The translations under genes and the position numbers were made by a program. 64,000 nt of DNA from an uncultured Gemmatimonadales bacterium (GTDB lineage: Bacteria; Gemmatimonadota; Gemmatimonadetes; Gemmatimonadales; Gemmatimonadaceae), in NCBI GenBank assembly GCA_963850905.1, contig CAWKMU010000003.1:480001-544000 (forward strand). The letters are read 5' to 3'. The notes under the pieces were generated by a model. It did not search any database. It was not told the origin of the DNA and saw only the letters and a list, made by a program, of their open reading frames with translations. Below, in pieces: positions 32,100-41,033 of the stretch. Position 1 is the first letter of the stretch, and the number at the start of each line of letters is the position of its first letter.

Positions 32100-32807
32100 A
32101 TGGCTGGACGCAAGCGCCCGACAGCCACGCGCGGTGCCGACCGCCTCGAGGAGTACCACGAGAAACGGGACTTCGCCAGAACGGAGGAGCCCGCGGGCGG
32201 AGCGCCATCGCCCTCGCAACATGGCGCACTCGCGTTCGTCGTGCAGAAGCACGCGGCGAGCACGCTGCATTTCGATTTTCGCCTCGAGCTCGATGGCGTC
32301 ATGAAAAGCTGGGCCGTGCCCAAGGGCCCGAGTTTGGACCCGACCGTCAAGCGCCTCGCCATGCAGGTCGAAGATCACCCAATTGAATACAACACGTTCG
32401 AAGGCACGATTCCCCAGGGCGAGTATGGCGGAGGCACGGTCATGCTCTGGGACCGGGGCACGTACGGCCCGGATCGGGACGCGAGTGCACGGACCGCGGA
32501 CGATCGATCGGACGTCGAAGTCCTGCGCGACGGCTACGAGCGTGGCGACTTCAAGTTCGTGCTCTACGGTGAGCGGCTGCGCGGATCGTGGGTGCTGGTT
32601 CGGACGCGCTTGCGACGCGGGGCCTCGAGCGCCAAGCCGCAGTGGTTGCTCATCAAGCATCGCGACGCGTACGCCGTGCCGGGATCCGATATCGTCGCGA
32701 CGGACGAGACCTCGGTCACCACCGGGCGCACGATGGAAGCCATCGCGGGCCACCGGAAGTCCCCTGCGCGCACGCCGACCGCGCGCCCGCGGCGGCAGCG
32801 CAAGTGA
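32100..32807 (+). CDS. LigD 3'-phosphoesterase domain protein
   Basis: KRDFARTEEP, FVVQKHAA..LHFDFRLE, SWAVPKGPSLDP, EDHP, YGGGTVMLWDRG. Confidence 0.92.
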   Translation: MAGRKRPTATRGADRLEEYHEKRDFARTEEPAGGAPSPSQHGALAFVVQKHAASTLHFDFRLELDGVMKSWAVPKGPSLDPTVKRLAMQVEDHPIEYNTFEGTIPQGEYGGGTVMLWDRGTYGPDRDASARTADDRSDVEVLRDGYERGDFKFVLYGERLRGSWVLVRTRLRRGASSAKPQWLLIKHRDAYAVPGSDIVATDETSVTTGRTMEAIAGHRKSPARTPTARPRRQRK

Positions 32808-33751
32808 ACCGTCGCGAGGCGGCGAAACCGTCCACGCGGGCCGTCTCCCCGTCGCCGGCGTTGACGAATCTCGATAAGGTCTTCTTCCCCCGCGACGGCT
32901 ATACGAAGGGCGACCTGGTCGACTACTACACGCGCATGGCCGCCCAGATTCTGCCCGTCATTCGCGACCGGCCGCTTGCGCTCAAGCGATATCCAGACGG
33001 CGTCTCCGGCCCGTTCTTCTTTCAGCAGAATGCGCCCACCGCGGATCGCGTGCCGCGTGGGGTGCGCGTCGAATCCGTGCCTGTCGTGCTGGACGGCGCG
33101 TCGCACCCACGGCTCATCGGCGGCGACCTCGCGACATTGCTGTACACGGTGCAACTGGGATGCATTGGCGTCGATCCGTGGCACGCGCGCATTCGCACGC
33201 TCCAGTATCCAGACTATACGATCATTGACCTCGATCCCGGCGAGGCAGTGCCTTTTGCGCGCATCGTCGAGGTCGCGCTCGGGGTCAAAACCGCTCTCGA
33301 TGCGGCGGGGCTGCACGGCATCGCGAAGACGTCGGGCTCTCGCGGCATTCACATCTATATCCCGCTGCCGACCAGGACGTCCGAGCCTACCGCGCTCGCT
33401 GCCGCCCAGCACATCGCGACGCGCGTCGCCCAAGCGCACCCACGCGAAGCAACCATCCTCCGCGGATTACGGGATCGCGGAACTGACACGGTCTATCTCG
33501 ACTACTTGCAGAACGCACGGGGCAAGACCGTTGCAGCCGCGTACTGCGTGCGTGCAGTGGCGGACGCACGGGTCTCCACACCGCTCGAGTGGTCGGAGCT
33601 CACGCGCACACTCGACCCTCACGCCTTCACGCTGCGCACGGTCCCCGATCGTGTGGCTCGTCGGGGCGATCTGTGGGCTCAGGCCATGAAGAAACGCAAT
33701 TCCGCCGCAGCGCTCCGCGACCTGTTGCGGGAATCGCGCGGCACGAAATAG
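32804..33751 (+). CDS. LigD polymerase (primase-polymerase) domain protein
   Basis: LTNLDKVFFP..GYTKGDL, RYPDG, FFQ, DLDP, KTSGSRGIH, DYLQN, VSTPLEW; GTGA overlap. Confidence 0.92.
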   Translation: MNRREAAKPSTRAVSPSPALTNLDKVFFPRDGYTKGDLVDYYTRMAAQILPVIRDRPLALKRYPDGVSGPFFFQQNAPTADRVPRGVRVESVPVVLDGASHPRLIGGDLATLLYTVQLGCIGVDPWHARIRTLQYPDYTIIDLDPGEAVPFARIVEVALGVKTALDAAGLHGIAKTSGSRGIHIYIPLPTRTSEPTALAAAQHIATRVAQAHPREATILRGLRDRGTDTVYLDYLQNARGKTVAAAYCVRAVADARVSTPLEWSELTRTLDPHAFTLRTVPDRVARRGDLWAQAMKKRNSAAALRDLLRESRGTK

Positions 33752-33775
33752 AAATATCGACGTTCTACCGAGCGC

Positions 33776-36499
33776 CTACTCTCTCGGCCGACCAGCAGTC
33801 GCCGCCAGCACGGACGGCTCGATCCCGTCGACGATCCTCTGCTCCATGACCTCGGCCGATACGGGGCGAGCAAAGAAGTAGCCCTGACCGAGGTCGCAGC
33901 CGAGCGCGCGTAGGGCCTGCCACTGCTCGCGCACCTCGATACCCTCGGCGATGGTCGTGAGCCCGAGGTTTTCGGCGAGCGCGATGATCGCGCGTGCGAG
34001 CGCGGGCTGACCGCGCTCCCTGCCGATGTCGTCCACGAACGACTTCGCGATCTTGAGAATGTCGATGGGAAACCGTTGCAGGTAGCTGAGCGACGAGTAT
34101 CCCGTCCCAAAATCGTCGATCGCCAGCTGGACACCGACCGCCTTGAGCTGCGTCAGCCGCTCGAGCATGGTCTCGGTCCGCTGCATCAGCACGCTCTCGG
34201 TGATTTCGAGCACGAGGCATTCGGGCCGGAGTCCGGATTGCGCCAGCGCGCGACGGACCGCGTCCACGATGCTGGGGAGTTGCAGCTGCTGCCCAGAGAC
34301 ATTGACCGTGAGCAGGAGCGGTGTCGGCGTGCGCAGGCGCGCATCCCACTCCGTCGCCTGTCGACATCCTTCCGAGATGACCCATTCGCCAAGTGCGGCA
34401 ATGAGGCCCGTCTCCTCGGCGAGCGGGATGAACTGCGAGGGATACAGCAAGCCACGACGCGGATGATTCCAGCGAATGAGCGCTTCCATCCCGGCGATGC
34501 GCGCCTGATCGAGCGAGACGATCGGCTGATACAGGAGCATCAGCTCCCCTCGCTCCAGCGCTCGGCGCAGATCGGCCTCGAGCTCGAGACGGTCGAGCGC
34601 CTCGCGGTGCATGCGTGTCTCGAACTGTTCGGACCTCGCCTTGCCGCGGCTCTTGGCGGTGTACATGGCCATGTCGGCATTGCGGAGCAGTTCGGAGGCC
34701 GTCATCCCCGCGGTGGCCACGGCGATGCCGAGGCTCGCGGTGACGACCACCTCCTTGCCTTCGACCGCAAATGGCTCCCTGAGCGCTGCCGTGATTCGAT
34801 CCGCCGCCAACCCGGCCAGTGCGGCATTCGCATCCTCGATCAACACCGCGAACTCGTCGCCCCCGAGTCGCGCAACGGTGTCCGACGCGCGAACGCTGGC
34901 CGACAGGCGCACGGCTGCGGCGACGAGCAGGCGGTCGCCCGCGACGTGGCCCAGACTGTCGTTGATGGTCTTGAAGTTGTCGAGATCGAGAAACAGGACT
35001 GCCATGCCTTCCCCGTGCCGCAACCCGCGCTCGAGCGCGTGCGTGACGCGATCGAAGAAGAGCGCGCGGTTGGCCAGTCCGGTGAGTGGGTCATGGAAGG
35101 CCTGATGCGTCAGCTGCGCCTCGAGCGCCTTGCGTTCGCTGATGTCCCGGGCGTTGAGGACGATGCCGCGCACCGTCGGCTCGAAGAGCAGATTCGTGCC
35201 GACCGCCTCGACGGACAACCACCGCCCATCTCGGTGTTGGATGCGCCACTCTGTCGGTATGGTCGACGCGCCCGGAGGCGTCGTGGTGGACAGTGCCGCC
35301 GCTCCCCGCGCCACGTCGTCCGGGTGCAACAGGGACATCAGCTGCGCGCCCTCCAGTTCCCGAGGCTCGTAGCCGAACCAGCGGGTGACCGACGGACTGA
35401 TGAAAGAAATGACGCCGTCGCCGCCGGCGATCGCGATCACGTCGGAGGAATGCTGGACCAAGGCGCGGAACCGGGCTTCGTTCTCCACCGCCGCAGTTTC
35501 GGCGACGAGCCGCGCGTTCTCCCGCACAGCCGTCAGCTGACGCAGCACGATGAGGAGCGTGACGAGTAGCGTGCCCTCGGCCAGGGATGTCCAATTCTCG
35601 TTCGTATGGCGGAGCGCTTCGCGGATCAGCAGCGCGTAGCAGGCAACCAGGGCGATATACGGCAGCGGACTGAAGGGCTGCACGCGACCGCGACCGACGC
35701 TTGGCCCTTCCCGCACCGGCTCCGGCGGGTCGAAGGCGTATCGCTGACACGCCCATACGAGCAAGAGCGACGAAGTCACGAACGCCCACCAGATCAACCG
35801 GCTCCAGCCACTCGAGTGCACCAACTCACTCGACAGGTCTGCACCGGCGAAGACCGCGATGCTCAGCACGAGCGCGACAAACCGGGCGCGCCGGCGGCGC
35901 GGCCGGAGCCAGACCGTCGTTAGTCCGAGCGCGATCGCGATGTCACCGGCGGCGTAGCCAACGTGGAGAAACTGCCCCAGCGCCGGCCGGCCGCTGGCCA
36001 TCGTCGGCAGGACGACGAAATACCAGACGACCAGTCCGACCGCCAGCAGGATCGTCGTCGCGTCGTAGAGGAACTTGCGCCGCTCCGCTTCGATCCGTCT
36101 CGCGCGCGGCAGAGCCAGCAGCGCGGCCAACCAGCAGGGATACAGCAGAAGCATCGGCAGGTTGACCCAGGTGTTGCTCGGGTCTTTGTGCAAGCCATAC
36201 GCATAGGCGATCCGCAACAGCGTGCCGATGAGACCAGCGACAAACCCCAACCCGATCAGCTCGAGCGCGCGCCGCAGGCCCATGTGCCCATCGCGAGGCA
36301 TGCGCGACGCGGTGATCCACGTCATCGCGATGATCCCGAGGTTGATCGGCAGAAACCCCGACACGAGGACCAATCGGCCAGCAAGGGTGTCGAGAGGCAC
36401 GGCGCCGAGGTACAGGGCATACCATGCCGCATACGCCGTCACCCCGACTGCCAGCACATTGGCGGAGTCGCGTAGCCACCGGCGTATCATGAGGGCCAT
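33776..36499 (-). CDS. Membrane PAS-GGDEF-EAL diguanylate cyclase/phosphodiesterase
   Basis: TM region, PAS domain, HDPLTGLANR, RLGGDEF, EALIRW, DDFGTGYSSL. Confidence 0.95.
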   Translation of the reverse strand: MALMIRRWLRDSANVLAVGVTAYAAWYALYLGAVPLDTLAGRLVLVSGFLPINLGIIAMTWITASRMPRDGHMGLRRALELIGLGFVAGLIGTLLRIAYAYGLHKDPSNTWVNLPMLLLYPCWLAALLALPRARRIEAERRKFLYDATTILLAVGLVVWYFVVLPTMASGRPALGQFLHVGYAAGDIAIALGLTTVWLRPRRRRARFVALVLSIAVFAGADLSSELVHSSGWSRLIWWAFVTSSLLLVWACQRYAFDPPEPVREGPSVGRGRVQPFSPLPYIALVACYALLIREALRHTNENWTSLAEGTLLVTLLIVLRQLTAVRENARLVAETAAVENEARFRALVQHSSDVIAIAGGDGVISFISPSVTRWFGYEPRELEGAQLMSLLHPDDVARGAAALSTTTPPGASTIPTEWRIQHRDGRWLSVEAVGTNLLFEPTVRGIVLNARDISERKALEAQLTHQAFHDPLTGLANRALFFDRVTHALERGLRHGEGMAVLFLDLDNFKTINDSLGHVAGDRLLVAAAVRLSASVRASDTVARLGGDEFAVLIEDANAALAGLAADRITAALREPFAVEGKEVVVTASLGIAVATAGMTASELLRNADMAMYTAKSRGKARSEQFETRMHREALDRLELEADLRRALERGELMLLYQPIVSLDQARIAGMEALIRWNHPRRGLLYPSQFIPLAEETGLIAALGEWVISEGCRQATEWDARLRTPTPLLLTVNVSGQQLQLPSIVDAVRRALAQSGLRPECLVLEITESVLMQRTETMLERLTQLKAVGVQLAIDDFGTGYSSLSYLQRFPIDILKIAKSFVDDIGRERGQPALARAIIALAENLGLTTIAEGIEVREQWQALRALGCDLGQGYFFARPVSAEVMEQRIVDGIEPSVLAATAGRPRE

Positions 36500-36579
36500 A
36501 CGGGGGAGGACGCGCGCCTGCTACTCCGGGAAACGGTTTTGGTGAAACGAGTTAGGCGTGGAGACCTAACTGCGGGTCG

Positions 36580-36767
36580 AGGACCAGGGATCAGGGCCGG
36601 TAGGCGCGACGCCTTGCGTCGCTGGTCGTCGCCGTGGGGTCAGCGATCAGCGGACAAACCCATAAGCCGATCACGGCGCATGGTGACCGGCCATGGACCG
36701 GTAGGGGCGACGCATTGCGTCGCCCGTTGTTGTCGTTGCGGTTGTCGTTCCCAAACCCCAGACCCGC
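36580..36767 (+). repeat. Composite repeat with two REP hairpins (36600 degenerate, 36701 exact)
   Basis: CCAGGGATCAGGG-REP ... ACAAACC ... GACCGGCCATGGACCG-REP-GTTGTTGTCGTT-CCCAAACCCCAGACCC. Confidence 0.85.
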
Positions 36768-36775
36768 CTTAGCGG

Positions 36776-37306
36776 TCAGACATGACAGCTATCCAACCCC
36801 CGCTTCTCGAGGTACCGCTGGTGATACTCCTCTGCCTCGTAGAACGGTGGGGCGGGCTCGATGGCAGTCACGATGGGGCGATGAAAGCGGCCGCTCGCTT
36901 CGAGTGCCGCGAGCGAGGCCCGCGCGGCGCGCTCCTGCTCCGGCGAGGTGAAGAAGATCACTGACCGATACTGCGTGCCGACATCAGGTCCCTGTCGGTT
37001 CAGCGTGGTCGGATTGTGGTTCTCCCAAAACACGCGCAGTAGTTCATCGTAGGAAACCCGCGACGGATCGAAGCTCACCTCCACGACTTCGGCGTGCCCC
37101 GTGCGATCGGTACACACCTGCTCATAGGTGGGGTTGCGGACGGACCCGCCCGCATACCCAGAGCGTGCATTCAACACGCCTGGTATGGAGCGAAACAATG
37201 CTTCCACTCCCCAAAAACAACCCGCGCCGAAGAGGGCGATTTCGGTCTTTGCGCTACCGGCCACCGCCGTGTCGCTCGACCCCGATGCTTGCTTCGCTTC
37301 TGCCAT
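36776..37306 (-). CDS. msrA: Peptide methionine sulfoxide reductase A
   Basis: GAGCFWG, TGHAE, GTQYRS, AEEYHQ. Confidence 0.96.
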   Translation of the reverse strand: MAEAKQASGSSDTAVAGSAKTEIALFGAGCFWGVEALFRSIPGVLNARSGYAGGSVRNPTYEQVCTDRTGHAEVVEVSFDPSRVSYDELLRVFWENHNPTTLNRQGPDVGTQYRSVIFFTSPEQERAARASLAALEASGRFHRPIVTAIEPAPPFYEAEEYHQRYLEKRGLDSCHV

Positions 37307-37413
37307 TATGCCGTTACACCTCGTGTAATGAGGAGAAGTTCCGTGCGTTCCCTCGCGTCAGACGTCCTGCAATCGAGCGCAACGCCGTCCGCACGATGCG
37401 ACGGCCGCGGCGG

Positions 37414-37437
37414 GTAGGGGCGACGCATGCGTCGCCC
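37414..37437 (+). repeat. GTAG-REP hairpin
   Basis: GTAGGGGCGACGCATGCGTCGCCC. Confidence 0.9.
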
Positions 37438-37469
37438 TGCGGGCTGACACCGTCCGCATGAGCCGAGAA

Positions 37470-38018
37470 TCACGCCGGCACGGGCGCGGGTCCGCGGCGC
37501 AACCGGATTCCGCACGCCGCGAGCATGCTGCCCGAGAAAGCGGCGTACACACCCAGCGCCCACGCGACGCTGTCGGGACCCGCGTCCTGATACTGCAAGA
37601 CCACGAGCCCGAGCGCGACGCCAACGGCCCCGCTGAGGGAGAGTAGCCACTCGCGGGTCGGATGATGGACATGCACGGCCGCCGTGATCCGAAACACGCC
37701 GGCCGTGATGCTCCAGGCGGCGACCAACGGGGCGAGGAGTTGGGGTGCATCGTGACGCGTGAAGAATGCAGTGAGCCCCGCGACCACCCCTAGCACGCCC
37801 TCGATCACGAACAGCGAGGACCGCATGTCGGTGCCGCTGGCCCGGGTGGCGGACGCGACGGTCACCGCGCCGTCAGTCAAGGCGTACACCCCGACTAGTG
37901 TGCCCAGAGCCGCGGCAGTCACCGCCGGCATCACAAACGCGAGAATCGCCAGCGCGATACCGACAGCCCCGCGCACGATGATTGTCCACGCGAACTGCAC
38001 TCGAGGGGAGGCGGACAT
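37470..38018 (-). CDS. HdeD/DUF308 membrane protein
   Basis: Six short TM helices with repeated RGAVGIALA / GVYALTDG patterns. Confidence 0.8.
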   Translation of the reverse strand: MSASPRVQFAWTIIVRGAVGIALAILAFVMPAVTAAALGTLVGVYALTDGAVTVASATRASGTDMRSSLFVIEGVLGVVAGLTAFFTRHDAPQLLAPLVAAWSITAGVFRITAAVHVHHPTREWLLSLSGAVGVALGLVVLQYQDAGPDSVAWALGVYAAFSGSMLAACGIRLRRGPAPVPA

Positions 38019-38251
38019 GGGTGGGTCCCTCCGGTAGCCGCGGCTCAGTCCTGGGCACGCTTGCCGCCACAAAAAGCAACGTAGTCACTGGCTACCCATC
38101 ACGTCCAGCCAGTTGCCGCGCCGCGGCGGGATGCGGTAGAGGATGCTAGCTTGTCTGGCGCGACGAGTGGCTGGCTGCTCGTGGCAACGCTCGAGCCGAG
38201 CCGCGATGTCTACCAGCCATCACTTTCAATCCTGACCCCGCAATCATCAGT

Positions 38252-39973
38252 ATGCTTCGCACATTTGCCGCGCGGTCTCCCAACCGGCCGAGGCGCGCGC
38301 TCCGCCTGTGGCAAACGTTCGGCGTCGCGTGCCTCGCGTGCCCCGCGGCCGTGGCCGCCCAGACCGGAGACCCCCTTCCACTCAAGCACCCGCCGCAGGC
38401 CACGCATCCCGCGATCACTGTGGCGGATCTCGAGACGAGGCTGTACGTCTACGCCAATGATTCGATGGAGGGCCGGCGCGCAGGCACGCTCGGCGACCTC
38501 AAGGCAACCGCATACATCGCCGCCGAATTCAAGCGTCTCAAGCTTGTGCCCGCCGGTGACAGCGGCAGCTATTTCCAGAATATCCCGCTCGTCACGTTTG
38601 CGTTCGACACGGCAGCACCGCTGGTGGTTGGCACCCAGCAGTTGACGTTCAAAAGCGACTTTCTGCCGGTGAGCCGGCGCGCCACCCAAGCAATCGACGG
38701 GTTGCAAGTCGTGTATGGCGGACAACTGTGCGACTCGGGTGCGACCCGGCTCACCGATGCCCAGACCGCGCACACGGTCGTCCTGTACAACTTGCCCGCG
38801 GACCCGATGGCGCGAGCAATGTGCTTGCAGCGGTCCGGCCGGGTGCCCCTCCCCAAGGCTTCCGGAATCGTGTTGCCGGGCCTGCAAGCGCTTCCGCCGC
38901 AGTTGGTCGACTATCTCGCGCGACCGCAGACGGTCCTTCGGCGCCCCGATGCGGACACGACGCACGGTCCGCTGCTGGTGTTGGTCACGCCGGAGGCCGC
39001 GCGCGCGTTCGTCTCGCGTCCACTCGACAGCCTGACCGTGGGCGATATCGGCGCGACGGTAGAGCGCGGGCCAGTGTCGAGCGAGACGCCCGCGGCCGCC
39101 CGCAACGTTGTTGCGATCCTGCCGGGCAGCGACCCGAAGCTCAAGAACGAGTACGTCGCCCTCGGCGCGCACAACGATCATCTCGGGGTCACGTCGCCGG
39201 TCGATCACGATTCCATTCGGGCGTACAACCAGGCGCTGCACAAGCTCGGCGCGGTCGATCCGTTCACCCAGATCGACCAGGCCAAGATCGCCACCATCCA
39301 CATCAATGTGGATTCGCTGCACCGGCTGCATCCGGCGCGCCGCGACTCGATTGACAACGGCGCAGACGACGACGGATCCGGCACAGTCGCCCTGCTCGAG
39401 ATCGCCGAGAATCTCGCGACGGACAAGCACCGACCGAAGCGCTCGATCCTCTTCGTGTCCCACACGGCCGAGGAGCTCGGCCTGTTTGGATCTGAATACT
39501 TCACCGACCATCCGACGGTCCCACGAGATTCGATCGTCGCGCAGCTCAACATGGACATGATCGGTCGCGGCGACTCTGCGGACATCGTCGGCGGCGGACC
39601 ACGGTACTTGCAGTTGGTCGGATCGCGACGCCTCTCGACGGAGCTCGGCGACCTGGTCGAGTCGGTGAACAAATCGGAGGCCGAACCGTTCGTCTTCGAT
39701 TACCAATTCGATGCGAACGGGCATCCGGAGAACATCTATTGCCGGAGCGACCACTACGAGTACGCCCGCTACGGCATTCCAATCGTGTTCTTCACGACCG
39801 GCCAACATTCCGACTACCATCAGGTGACCGATGAGCCGGAATACATCGACTACGTTCACCTGGCGCATGTGGCGTCATTCGTGCGCGATGTCGCGGTGCA
39901 GCTCGCAGATCTCGACCACCGCCCGCTCGTGGACAAGCCGAAGCCCGATCCGCATGGAGTGTGTCGCCAGTAG
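38252..39973 (+). CDS. M28-family peptidase
   Basis: NVVAILPG, GAHNDHLG, NGADDDGSG, AEELGLFGS, NMDMIG, RSDH, DYHQVTDE. Confidence 0.93.
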   Translation: MLRTFAARSPNRPRRALRLWQTFGVACLACPAAVAAQTGDPLPLKHPPQATHPAITVADLETRLYVYANDSMEGRRAGTLGDLKATAYIAAEFKRLKLVPAGDSGSYFQNIPLVTFAFDTAAPLVVGTQQLTFKSDFLPVSRRATQAIDGLQVVYGGQLCDSGATRLTDAQTAHTVVLYNLPADPMARAMCLQRSGRVPLPKASGIVLPGLQALPPQLVDYLARPQTVLRRPDADTTHGPLLVLVTPEAARAFVSRPLDSLTVGDIGATVERGPVSSETPAAARNVVAILPGSDPKLKNEYVALGAHNDHLGVTSPVDHDSIRAYNQALHKLGAVDPFTQIDQAKIATIHINVDSLHRLHPARRDSIDNGADDDGSGTVALLEIAENLATDKHRPKRSILFVSHTAEELGLFGSEYFTDHPTVPRDSIVAQLNMDMIGRGDSADIVGGGPRYLQLVGSRRLSTELGDLVESVNKSEAEPFVFDYQFDANGHPENIYCRSDHYEYARYGIPIVFFTTGQHSDYHQVTDEPEYIDYVHLAHVASFVRDVAVQLADLDHRPLVDKPKPDPHGVCRQ

Positions 39974-40463
39974 TCAGCAGCGAGCGCGATCCCGGCCCTG
40001 GAGCTTCGCGGCCGCGGTCGCGCTCTGTATCGCCGCCCCCCTCTCGGCTCAGCAGCAGCCACCACCGGTAGGGTTCGGGCGAGCGGTTGGCCAGACGGCG
40101 GTCGGGGTGCTTGGCATGGGCGCCGGATTCGTCGGCACTGGATTGGCCGCCCGGTGGGCCGCCACGCACTGGTTTCACGCGTCCGAGGACGGGGCCTCTT
40201 CGGTCGCCCTCGGCGCCGCTTACGTCGGCGGCGCCCTTGGGGCGGCCGCCGGTCCTACTATTGTAGGGGCGGGTTCAGGCCCGCGCGGCACGTATTGGGG
40301 CGCGCTCGCCGGATCGGCCGCAGGCGGCGTCGGCAGCTTCCTCATTGTCCGCCTGAACCGGGCCGTGGACCTCGGTACCATCCCCCGGATTATCTCCACC
40401 GCAGCGGTGCTGACACTGCCCGCGATCGGGGCAACCGTCGGTTATAACCTGAGTAGGCACTGA
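39954..40463 (+). CDS. Hypothetical small membrane/secreted protein
   Basis: Signal-like segment and Gly/Ala-rich hydrophobic helices; start uncertain. Confidence 0.55.
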   Translation: MECVASSQQRARSRPWSFAAAVALCIAAPLSAQQQPPPVGFGRAVGQTAVGVLGMGAGFVGTGLAARWAATHWFHASEDGASSVALGAAYVGGALGAAAGPTIVGAGSGPRGTYWGALAGSAAGGVGSFLIVRLNRAVDLGTIPRIISTAAVLTLPAIGATVGYNLSRH

Positions 40464-40469
40464 AAAAGG

Positions 40470-40678
40470 CGGGGTCAGGGGTCAGGGCCCGGGGGTCAGG
40501 AAACAAATCGAACGGCCGATCACAGTGCGTCGCGACCGGCCTTGGACCAGTAGGGGCGACGCACTGCGTCGCCCGCCGTTGCCGTTGTCGTTCGCGTTGT
40601 CGTTCCCTGATCCCTGGCCCCTGACCCCGCCGTTCTAATTGCCGTTGCCGTTCCCCTGACCCCTGACCCCTGACCCCG
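40470..40678 (+). repeat. Full composite element: heptamer arm - REP (40550) - inverted heptamer arm
   Basis: (GGGGTCA)n-AACAAATCG...GACCGGCCTTGGACCA-REP-GTT tract-(CCCCTGA)n. Confidence 0.88.
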
Positions 40679-40738
40679 CAGTTCAGTCCCCAACCCTGTG
40701 TTGCCCTGAGGCACAGAAGCGACTTAGCTTCCCCAACC

Positions 40739-41033
40739 TGCCCCTTGGTGTAACTGGCAACACGCCTGACTCTTGGAGGGTTTTCGGGACACCACGTCGG
40801 AAACGACGTGTGTGAATGCGCTCAAATTCGGCGAACGGTGTCACATCCCAACGCCGAGCCAAGCCGGGCCTGACCACCGGACCGGAAGGTGTAGAGACTC
40901 GACGGGCGCGACCTGACCACCGCGGGTGAAGGTCAAGACAGAGTCCGGGCCACGAACGCGCCGGCGGCGCGGCGGCGAAAGCCGAAGTGGTGGAGGGATC
41001 AGGAGAGTCCTGGTTCGAGCCCAGGAGGGGCAA
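40739..41033 (+). tRNA. tRNA-Gln(CUG) interrupted by a group I intron (exons 40739-40773 and 40996-41033)
   Basis: Joined exons fold as a cloverleaf: acceptor TGCCCCT/AGGGGCA, anticodon arm CCTGA-CTCTGGA-TCAGG, T arm CCTGG-TTCGAGC-CCAGG; U1-A72; CCA not encoded. Confidence 0.88.
40774..40995 (+). ncRNA. Group I self-splicing intron (about 222 nt, IC3-like, no homing endonuclease ORF)
   Basis: P2 hairpin with GAAA loop (40789-40813), P AAATTCGGCGAAC, Q AACGCCGAGC, R GTAGAGACTCGACGGG, S AAGACAGAGTCC, P3 GCGCTC/GGGCGC, P7 GACTC/GAGTC; exon ends in U and intron ends in G. Confidence 0.9.

Noticed and set aside
36500..36775. c-di-GMP riboswitch upstream of the GGDEF-EAL gene
   Set aside because: No recognisable consensus; the structure is explained by the REP composite.
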